Origin: Candidatus Methanoperedens sp.
GTDB lineage: Archaea; Halobacteriota; Methanosarcinia; Methanosarcinales; Methanoperedenaceae
DNA length: 32,000 nt
Reading direction: 5' to 3'
Assembly: GCA_041494705.1 (NCBI GenBank)
Contig: JBGQBI010000003.1
Coordinates: 1-32,000 of the forward strand
Under the pieces are notes generated by a model. That model saw nothing but the letters and a program-made list of their open reading frames with translations. It was not told where the DNA came from and did no database searches. Made by a program: the position numbers and the translations under genes. Below, one piece after another: positions 1 to 6,531 of this stretch. Positions within the stretch are counted from its first letter, which is position 1. Every line of letters begins with the position of its first letter.

Positions 1-9
1 GTTCTCTGT

Positions 10-163
10 AAGCCGAAACTTCGGCTTGCGCAGTACCCACGTATGGCAAAGCCATACGTGTATGCGGTGTAAACTGCCGCAACAGTTTTTGATAAACCTT
101 TCCAAAGGTTTTCCTCTGTGCACTCTGTGGTTTTTTAAACCAGAAGATAATAAAAATTATTAT
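10..163. other. Train of six back-to-back short perfect dyads/hairpins, function unknown
   Basis: Read directly. 10-27 is aagccgaa/ttcggctt. 38-60 is cacgtatggc-aaa-gccatacgtg (10 bp). 71-88 is aaactg-ccgcaa-cagttt. 94-111 is aaaccttt-cc-aaaggttt. 129-141 is ggttt-ttt-aaacc. 147-163 is ataataa-aaa-ttattat. CTCTGTR also occurs as a direct repeat at 4-10, 114-120 and 123-129. Confidence 0.6.
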
Positions 164-185
164 TCTCCGATATCTGATTATTTAT

Positions 186-254
186 AACCCCCTCATCCGA
201 AAAAATGAATGCAAAAGGTGGTAAAATTGCAATTCATTTCGGTTATAGGGGGTT
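186..254. other. Long imperfect hairpin (~20 bp in three helical segments), possible structured RNA or terminator
   Basis: aaccccc (186-192) pairs with gggggtt (248-254). ccgaaa (197-202) pairs with tttcgg (237-242). tgaat (206-210) pairs with attca (232-236). gc (211-212) pairs with gc (229-230). The apical loop is 213-228. Confidence 0.4.
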
Positions 255-656
255 CTTCCTTTACAATGCTTTCATACGAATATAAGGGTGAGTGAGATAA
301 AATGAGCATCAAAAAACCCTTCCATAAAAAAAATGACAACACTTGCTGATGCTGGAAAAAATTAGAATACCTTGAATTTCGCAATAAGTACCAGTGTGGG
401 AAATAATCTCACCACCCATTAAAAATATATTGAACATCAAGAGATGATAACAAAACCCGCACTGTTAATCTAAATCTGACCAATGACAACTGTCATGCAA
501 AATAAGGAAAAATGTTAATACTATGAAATTATGTCTATTAATTCCGGATTGGCATCCCTTTTTATATCTTTAATCCACCGTCTCACTAATGCTGTGATAT
601 TTGTGAAAATTAATCGCACCAATACTTATCTTTGTGTGATTTCAAGTGCAAATCAT

Positions 657-1289
657 ATGATGCAGAAAAAGTCAAAATCAATTCTTATTGTAAACAGCGA
701 ACCCGATGTAGCTGGCCTTTTTGCAGAAATGCTGCTTATGGATGTTGATAGGTACCTAATTAATACGGCATATACCGGAAATGATTGTTTACTGGCGCTG
801 GAAAGAGATATGCCTGATATGGTTCTTTTGGATATGGATTTCATGGATACGGATGGATGGGAATTGATTGAAAAAATAAAAGAGACAGGCCCGGAAATTC
901 CAGTGGTGGTCATTACGTCAAAACCTCCCGGCATAGATGATTTTTTACGCCTTTCGATGGTATCCGACTATCTGATGAAACCTGTAACCCTTGATGGTTT
1001 CCTCATGGCTGTTAAAGATGCCCTGGAAATCCCGGCTCTCCTTCAGGATTGCATTGAAACTGTCAAACACTGTAAAGGAAAAGAGGAAATATTGTACCTT
1101 GTATTCTCATTATTAAAACAGGGCATTGCAGACAGGAAACGATTCATCCTTATGCGGCAGCTTTATCCTGACAGGATACTTGAAAATGACCCGGGAACGA
1201 AACTTCTTCTTTATAATTTAAGGACTAAAATCGAAAAAACAACCAGGGAAATAGATTCGTTTAAAAATAATAAAGTCTTAATCGCCTGA
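657..1289 (+). CDS. Atypical CheY-like receiver-domain protein with an uncharacterised ~100-aa C-terminal domain
   Basis: From ORF 531..1289. Receiver landmarks are ILIVNSEPD, MVLLDMDFMDTDGWEL, VVVITS and YLMKPV. I moved the start to ATG 657 (or 660) because the first 42 codons of the ORF do not look like part of the domain. The acidic DD pair is replaced by N-S. Confidence 0.7.
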   Translation: MMQKKSKSILIVNSEPDVAGLFAEMLLMDVDRYLINTAYTGNDCLLALERDMPDMVLLDMDFMDTDGWELIEKIKETGPEIPVVVITSKPPGIDDFLRLSMVSDYLMKPVTLDGFLMAVKDALEIPALLQDCIETVKHCKGKEEILYLVFSLLKQGIADRKRFILMRQLYPDRILENDPGTKLLLYNLRTKIEKTTREIDSFKNNKVLIA

Positions 1290-1322
1290 TTTCTCTTTTT
1301 TTCAAGGTTTTTATTCGCAGAC

Positions 1323-1352
1323 TTCACACGTTTTTCACAACTTTGTTTATAT
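1323..1352 (+). promoter_or_regulatory. Candidate arl operon promoter: TTCACAC-N6-CACAACTTTGTTTATAT (direct CACAM repeat abutting a TATA-like box)
   Basis: A TTTATAT box lies 93 nt upstream of the arlB1 ATG. The same 30-nt architecture recurs at 8198..8227 upstream of cheY, at the same distance from the ATG to within 1 nt. Confidence 0.5.
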
Positions 1353-1444
1353 CCACGTATAAACACAAATTGGGTTAGAAGCAAGGAATGGCGTAATGAC
1401 GCCACCTAAGTTTCGAAAAATATATGAAATATAATGGAGGCGTT

Positions 1445-2023
1445 ATGAAAGCAAATAGAACCAATATCTTGAAAAATGACACAGGTGATGTTGGTATTGG
1501 CACGCTGATTATCTTCATTGCGATGGTTCTCGTCGCAGCGGTAGCAGCAGCAGTGTTAATCCAGACATCAGGTATCCTGCAGCAAAAGGCACAGACGACA
1601 GGAAAAGAAGCGACAGCGGAAGTTTCGTCCAACATGAAAGTTGTATCGGTTGTCGGTACCAGGTCAATTGATAAACCCGTTGATCACCTTAATGTTACTT
1701 TGCAACTTACAGCCGGCGGAGCAGATATTGACTTCAGACAAGTCGTTGTGAAATACATTAATGAATCCAAATCAGTGACCTTGAATTATAATACAGGGTT
1801 CAATTATACTGAGGAAAGGTCTATTTCAGGTTCAATCGATAGTGTCCTGCAGCCAGGAGACCTTGGTGTAATCACAATAGATCTTAACGCGACAGGGCAG
1901 TCGCTGGATGTCAGGAAGAAAGGCACCATACAGGTCATACCTGAGGCAGGAACGATGATTACAAAAGAAGTAATCGCTCCGGCGACATTTGGTGCATCAA
2001 CTACGGTACAGCTATTCCCCTGA
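1445..2023 (+). CDS. arlB: Archaellin ArlB1 (FlaB)
   Basis: Class III signal peptide and archaellin N-terminus MKANRTNILKNDTGDVGIGTLIIFIAMVLVAAVAAAVLIQTSG. GGAGG lies 4 nt upstream of ATG 1445, so the ORF-track start at 1424 is upstream of the RBS. Several N-X-S/T sequons are present. Confidence 0.9.
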   Translation: MKANRTNILKNDTGDVGIGTLIIFIAMVLVAAVAAAVLIQTSGILQQKAQTTGKEATAEVSSNMKVVSVVGTRSIDKPVDHLNVTLQLTAGGADIDFRQVVVKYINESKSVTLNYNTGFNYTEERSISGSIDSVLQPGDLGVITIDLNATGQSLDVRKKGTIQVIPEAGTMITKEVIAPATFGASTTVQLFP

Positions 2024-2044
2024 ACAGGGGAATTTTTTCTTTTA
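2015..2044 (+). terminator. Hairpin plus T-tract spanning the arlB1 stop codon (partial terminator/attenuator)
   Basis: ttcccc (2015-2020) pairs with ggggaa (2027-2032). The TGA stop sits in the loop. The hairpin is followed by ttttttctttt. Confidence 0.5.
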
Positions 2045-2060
2045 TAAGAAGGAGTAGAAT

Positions 2061-2663
2061 ATGAAAGCAAATAGAACCAATATATTGAAAAACGACACAG
2101 GTGATGTCGGTATTGGCACGCTGATTATCTTCATTGCGATGGTTCTCGTCGCAGCGGTGGCAGCAGCAGTGTTAATCCAGACATCAGGTATCCTGCAGCA
2201 AAAGGCACAGACGACAGGTAAAGAAGCGACAGCGGAAGTTTCTTCCAACCTGAAAGCAATTTCGGTTGTGGGTACCAGATCAGATCCTAATAATGGGGGA
2301 CCCGTTGATAACCTTAGTGTTCTTTTGCAACTTACAGCCGGCGGAGCAGATATTGACTTCAAAACTGTCATTGTGAAATACATTAATGAATCCTCATCAA
2401 CGACCTTGCATTGGGATAACAATGCGTCTGCTACAGCGTTCAATTATACTGAGGTAAGGTCTATATCAGGTTTACCCGATGATGTCCTGCAGCCAGGAGA
2501 TATTGGTGTAATTACAATAGATCTTAGCGCGACAGGACAGCAGCTGGTTGTCAGGAAGAAAGCTACCATAGAGGTCATACCTGAGGTAGGAACGATGATT
2601 ACAAAAGATATTGTCGCTCCGGCGACATTTAATGCAGCAAAAACGGTACAGCTATTCCCCTGA
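2061..2663 (+). CDS. arlB: Archaellin ArlB2 (FlaB), recent paralogue of ArlB1
   Basis: The N-terminal 63 aa are identical to ArlB1 (first difference at residue 64), and the C-terminal ~70 aa are highly similar. AAGGAG RBS upstream. Confidence 0.9.
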   Translation: MKANRTNILKNDTGDVGIGTLIIFIAMVLVAAVAAAVLIQTSGILQQKAQTTGKEATAEVSSNLKAISVVGTRSDPNNGGPVDNLSVLLQLTAGGADIDFKTVIVKYINESSSTTLHWDNNASATAFNYTEVRSISGLPDDVLQPGDIGVITIDLSATGQQLVVRKKATIEVIPEVGTMITKDIVAPATFNAAKTVQLFP

Positions 2664-2690
2664 AAAACGGGGAATTATTTCCTTTTCTAA
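2655..2690 (+). terminator. Hairpin plus T-rich tract spanning the arlB2 stop codon
   Basis: ttcccc (2655-2660) pairs with ggggaa (2669-2674), followed by ttatttccttttc. It is homologous to the element after arlB1. Confidence 0.45.
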
Positions 2691-2703
2691 GGAGGAGTAA
2701 AAT

Positions 2704-3327
2704 ATGAAAGCAAACCGGAAATTTCTGATGGACAATGAAAGAGGTGATATAGGAGTCGGCACTTTGATCATATTCATCGCAATGGTGCTTGTAGCCGCAG
2801 TAGCAGCTACAGTATTGATATACACAACAGGTGCGCTTCAGCAGAAAGCCTCAAAGACAAGCAAAGAGGCAACACAGCAGATATCAACAAATATTATTGT
2901 AGAACAGGTAATGGGAAACAGGTCTGATTCATCAATCGCTAACTTCAATAACGGTTTGATAATCAGGGTCAAACCAGACGTAGGCACCACTTCGATTGAC
3001 TTGAGGCAGATGATTATAACAGTCTGGGATAAATCTTATCAGTTCGATTTGAATTATTCGGAGGATCCTAATACACTTGATATTAAAACTTTTACAGCCC
3101 AAGTTGTGCGAGATGAGGATCATTCATTTAATTTATCGACGCCCGTGTTGAACAGCGGGGACCTTGTAAAAATCATTATTCCCGCGGATAGACTTCCGGG
3201 CATTGATCTTACCACAAGAAAAACCTTCTGGATAACATTGAACTTGGAACTGGGCTCGCCTGTAAATCTTGAAATAACCACACCCAACTCATTTGGTGTG
3301 AACCAGTATGTGATGTTGTATCCATAA
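2704..3327 (+). CDS. arlB: Archaellin ArlB3 (FlaB), divergent paralogue
   Basis: N-terminus MKANRKFLMDNERGDIGVGTLIIFIAMVLVAAVAATVLI. GGAGGAG RBS upstream. Confidence 0.85.
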   Translation: MKANRKFLMDNERGDIGVGTLIIFIAMVLVAAVAATVLIYTTGALQQKASKTSKEATQQISTNIIVEQVMGNRSDSSIANFNNGLIIRVKPDVGTTSIDLRQMIITVWDKSYQFDLNYSEDPNTLDIKTFTAQVVRDEDHSFNLSTPVLNSGDLVKIIIPADRLPGIDLTTRKTFWITLNLELGSPVNLEITTPNSFGVNQYVMLYP

Positions 3328-3341
3328 CAGCGGAGGATTAG

Positions 3342-3731
3342 ATGGGTTTTTCAACCTCTGCTGTCATGGTAATATTTGCCGCTTCGTTAATGTATATGGC
3401 TGCAATGTTTTACCCTCTGGCTGATATGTCCCACCGTAATGTCTTAGAGGCTGAAAAAATTTCAAATGAGCTCTGGAAAGAAAAATTGAATACAAAAATA
3501 GTTATTACGAATTGGTCGAGCGACAATATTACCGTTTATAATAATGGTTCCATTGCCCTTAATTCCAGCAAGATTAATGTAATTCATAATGGGACACTAA
3601 AATTGTTATACACAGTAGATCCTCAGGGCGTATGGCCTCCAAAAACCTCAATAAATGTGGATATCGAAGCGGCAAGCGGCAGAGTTAAAATCATAGCTGC
3701 AAACGGTGCTGCTGATTATTTTGCAAGGTAG
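3342..3731 (+). CDS. arlF: Archaellum stator-associated protein ArlF (FlaF)
   Basis: 129 aa. Single N-terminal hydrophobic segment MGFSTSAVMVIFAASLMYMAAMF followed by a beta-rich domain. It sits directly before the arlG-like gene and arlHIJ. GGAGG RBS. The assignment rests on position and architecture. Confidence 0.6.
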   Translation: MGFSTSAVMVIFAASLMYMAAMFYPLADMSHRNVLEAEKISNELWKEKLNTKIVITNWSSDNITVYNNGSIALNSSKINVIHNGTLKLLYTVDPQGVWPPKTSINVDIEAASGRVKIIAANGAADYFAR

Positions 3732-3740
3732 GTGAATTTC

Positions 3741-4190
3741 ATGGGAGCAGGAACATCAGCAACTCAAATGATATTTTTTATCACGTCCGTGATAATAGCT
3801 TTAGGCGTTGTGGGAGCCTTGTTCTTGAACGTCCAGTCCATATCGAGCGCAGCCACTATGGGCAGCAAGACATTTTCCGAACAGTTGAAGACTGACATCA
3901 CTATAATAAACGACCCGGAAATCATATCGAATTCCAGCGGGAATTATACCTTTTATGTAAAGAACACGGGGAAAGAAGACCTCTCCACACAATATATTAC
4001 AGTTCTCATTGACGGCAACCTTATTCCTGACGGCAATCTTAATAAAACAATATTAAACAGCGATGCTATGTGGATTCCGGGGGATGTTTTACAAATAAAT
4101 GCTACGGTTTCCATTGTCCCCGGAAGCCATAGCCTGAGAGTGATTACAGAAAACGGAGTTGAAGACAGTTTTGAATTCAGGAAGTCATAA
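3741..4190 (+). CDS. arlG: Archaellum protein ArlG (FlaG)
   Basis: N-terminal segment MGAGTSATQMIFFITSVIIALGVVGALF. AGGTAGGTGA precedes ATG 3741 by 5 nt (the ORF track gives GTG 3732). It lies between arlF and arlH. Confidence 0.6.
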   Translation: MGAGTSATQMIFFITSVIIALGVVGALFLNVQSISSAATMGSKTFSEQLKTDITIINDPEIISNSSGNYTFYVKNTGKEDLSTQYITVLIDGNLIPDGNLNKTILNSDAMWIPGDVLQINATVSIVPGSHSLRVITENGVEDSFEFRKS

Positions 4191-4192
4191 AT

Positions 4193-4885
4193 ATGGCAGG
4201 ATATTCATTTTTACTTGACAGGGACGAATTGAACCAGATGCTTGGAGGAGGATTCCCCAAGGGTTCGCTGATAATGATAGACGGTCCCAGCGGAAGCGGA
4301 AAAAGCGCCCTGTGCCAGCGGTTCGCTTTCGGCCTTCTGGATAATAAACACACGGTAACATATATTTCAACACAATTAACAACAAAGAATTTCATCAGGC
4401 AGATGAACTCGCTGGATTACCCCATAGGAATAAAACTGTTAAAAGGGGAACTTTTGTATATCCCGGTCTTTCCACTGCTTAAGGAATCCACGCCCAGGAT
4501 AGATTTCGTCCAGCGGCTTATGGGCGCCGAGGTGCTATTTGAAAAAAATATTATACTAATAGATACGCTTTCAGCGCTTGTCAGGTATAGCATTAACCAG
4601 GAGAAAAGCCTTGAGCTGATTTCATTTTTCAAGAAACTGTGTGGCGTGCAAAAAACAATAATCCTTACTATAGATAGCACGGAAATGCCATCCAATATAG
4701 TTACCGAATTTAAAGATGCGGCAGAGATTCTTATGACAATAAAGATGCGCCAGATGGGGTCAGAAATTCTCAGGACGGCCATGATAAATAAATATTCGCG
4801 TCCTGAAATCCAGGTTGGCGCCATGATAGGTTTTAAAGTCGAGGCGAAAAGCGGGGTAATGATCAACATTTCCGGAGTCTCTTGA
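4193..4885 (+). CDS. arlH: Archaellum KaiC/RecA-like ATP-binding protein ArlH (FlaH)
   Basis: Walker A GPSGSGKS, 230 aa, located immediately upstream of arlI. Confidence 0.85.
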   Translation: MAGYSFLLDRDELNQMLGGGFPKGSLIMIDGPSGSGKSALCQRFAFGLLDNKHTVTYISTQLTTKNFIRQMNSLDYPIGIKLLKGELLYIPVFPLLKESTPRIDFVQRLMGAEVLFEKNIILIDTLSALVRYSINQEKSLELISFFKKLCGVQKTIILTIDSTEMPSNIVTEFKDAAEILMTIKMRQMGSEILRTAMINKYSRPEIQVGAMIGFKVEAKSGVMINISGVS

Positions 4886-4941
4886 AGAGGTGATATTTTC
4901 TGGATGATAAATTTGAAGAAGCTATTCAACGAAACCCTCAT

Positions 4942-6531
4942 TTGAATGAATATGTGGAGAAATGCAAGAAAGAGAGCGGGATTATGCCCGATTTCTTTGC
5001 AAAATTACCGCGGGATATTGTCGACATTCCCGTACCTTCCATAATTTATCCTGTAGGGGACCCCATATTCATCCATCTGAAAGGGGATAAGGCAACAAGG
5101 GAAATACGGTATATCGCAGTCGAGCCCGTACTATCTCTGGAAGAACAGAAAAAATATCGTGTGATAATGGACTCTATCCTTGAAAAGGCGGCGGATGAAA
5201 TTGTTCCTGAAAACGAAGAACAATTGAGAAAGCTCATGATGTCGCTTTTTAATGATTCAATACAGGTCGAAGGTAAAATTTCACCGACCGGTTTCCTTGA
5301 TAAGCTGCTCGGGGAAAAAATCGTTCACTTGAGCCAGGAAGAATATGATAAAATATCCTATTTTCTTGACAGGGACATTATAGGCCAGGGACCAATAGAA
5401 CCGGTCGTAAGGGATCCGTACCTTGAAGATATTCACAGTATAGGGGTCAGCAGTATTTTTGTCGTTCACAAGATTATGGGGATGCTTACCACCAACCTCA
5501 CCTTTGGCACACAGGAAAACCTGAGCCGCTGGCTCCATACCATGGGAGAGCGGATTGGCAGGCCGGTAAGCGATGCGCGTCCTATTATCGATGGCACGCT
5601 TCCGGACGGCACACGTATTAACGCTATTTACAGCACTGACGTAAGCCGAAAAGGTTCCAGTTTCACCATGAGAAAATTCATGGAAATCCCTGCAAGTATT
5701 CCCCAGCTTATCAAATGGGGAAGTATTGACGGGAACATGGCTTCTTACCTCTGGCTTCTGCTTGAGAACCAGATGAGTATATTTTTCAGCGGTGAAACAG
5801 CAAGCGGCAAAACAACAATGCTCAACGCAGCATTGCCATTCATAAGCAGCAAAGCAAAGATGTATTCTGTGGAGAACACGGCAGAAGTGTCCCCACCTCA
5901 GCCTGCCTGGCAGCAGTTGATAACCAGAGAGGATGGTCCTAAGGAATCGCAGGTTGATACTTTCACACTCCTCAAAGTCGCCCTCAGGTCAAGACCTAAT
6001 TATATTATTGTAGGTGAAATCAGGGGTGAAGAGGGCGCAGTAGCATTCCAGGCAATGCAGACAGGACATGCAGTTCTTGCCACATTCCATGCATCATCGG
6101 TCAAAAAACTTCTTCAGCGGCTTACAGGTGAACCTATCAATATCCCGCCAACATTTGCTGATAATCTCAATTGCGCCCTGATTCTCCAGGCGATATATAG
6201 AAAAGGCAAATATTTGCGAAGATGTACTTCGGTTGACGAGATTGAAGGTTATCTGGAAGAAGCAGGCGGTGTGATAACCCGTGGCGTTTTCGAATGGGAT
6301 TTTACAAATGACAGGCATCGCTTCAGGGGGATGAATAACAGTTTTATACTTGACAAGATAGCCATAAAACAGGGATATGACGATAAGCGCATGATATATG
6401 ACGAGCTTGCATTGCGCGCTAAAATTCTCAACAGGATGGTTGAGGAGGGTATCCTTGACTATTATAAGGTAAGGGACATCATCTGGGGATACCAGGCGAA
6501 AGGTCTTGACGGCATACCGTTTGAGGTATGA
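4942..6531 (+). CDS. arlI: Archaellum motor/assembly ATPase ArlI (FlaI); start codon uncertain
   Basis: Walker A GETASGKTT, Walker B IIVGEIRGEE, ATFHA His box, N-terminal IYPVGDPIFIH...YIAVEP segment. The ORF-track start is TTG 4942 with no RBS (see the finding at 4887..4945). Confidence 0.9.
   Translation: MNEYVEKCKKESGIMPDFFAKLPRDIVDIPVPSIIYPVGDPIFIHLKGDKATREIRYIAVEPVLSLEEQKKYRVIMDSILEKAADEIVPENEEQLRKLMMSLFNDSIQVEGKISPTGFLDKLLGEKIVHLSQEEYDKISYFLDRDIIGQGPIEPVVRDPYLEDIHSIGVSSIFVVHKIMGMLTTNLTFGTQENLSRWLHTMGERIGRPVSDARPIIDGTLPDGTRINAIYSTDVSRKGSSFTMRKFMEIPASIPQLIKWGSIDGNMASYLWLLLENQMSIFFSGETASGKTTMLNAALPFISSKAKMYSVENTAEVSPPQPAWQQLITREDGPKESQVDTFTLLKVALRSRPNYIIVGEIRGEEGAVAFQAMQTGHAVLATFHASSVKKLLQRLTGEPINIPPTFADNLNCALILQAIYRKGKYLRRCTSVDEIEGYLEEAGGVITRGVFEWDFTNDRHRFRGMNNSFILDKIAIKQGYDDKRMIYDELALRAKILNRMVEEGILDYYKVRDIIWGYQAKGLDGIPFEV

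Noticed and set aside
38-60. The 10-bp hairpin cacgtatggc-aaa-gccatacgtg loosely resembles a group II intron domain V, which would make the window edge an intron 3' end.
   Set aside because: It lacks the AGC/CGC catalytic triad, the 2-nt bulge and a GNRA-type loop. No domain VI with a bulged A follows, and no intron-encoded protein is visible.
193-384. A 63-aa ORF on the - strand in the 5' untranslated region.
   Set aside because: It has no RBS, an implausible composition, and overlaps the hairpin element. It is most likely non-coding.
441-478. A C-box-like gatgata (442-448) and D-box-like ctga (475-478) suggested a C/D box sRNA.
   Set aside because: The C box is imperfect. There are no internal C'/D' boxes or terminal stem, and the spacing (~35 nt) is too short for a canonical archaeal C/D sRNA.
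531-656. The ORF track shows N-terminal extensions: 531..656 for the receiver protein, 1424..1444 for arlB1 and 16868..16942 for the Zn-ribbon ORF.
   Set aside because: RBS positions and comparison with paralogues (the arlB2 start MKANRT) or with domain boundaries favour the internal ATGs. The extensions carry no recognisable sequence features.
3729-3743. arlF and arlG are in the same reading frame and separated only by a TAG codon (3729..3731). In a Methanosarcinales-type, possibly pyrrolysine-decoding host, this could give an ArlF-ArlG read-through fusion. TAG is rare here, ending 2 of about 31 genes.
   Set aside because: Same-frame adjacency has a one-in-three chance. arlG has its own RBS and ATG at 3741. 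A fusion would place the second hydrophobic segment so that the ArlG domain ends up on the wrong side of the membrane. No pyl genes or PYLIS-like evidence are present in the window.
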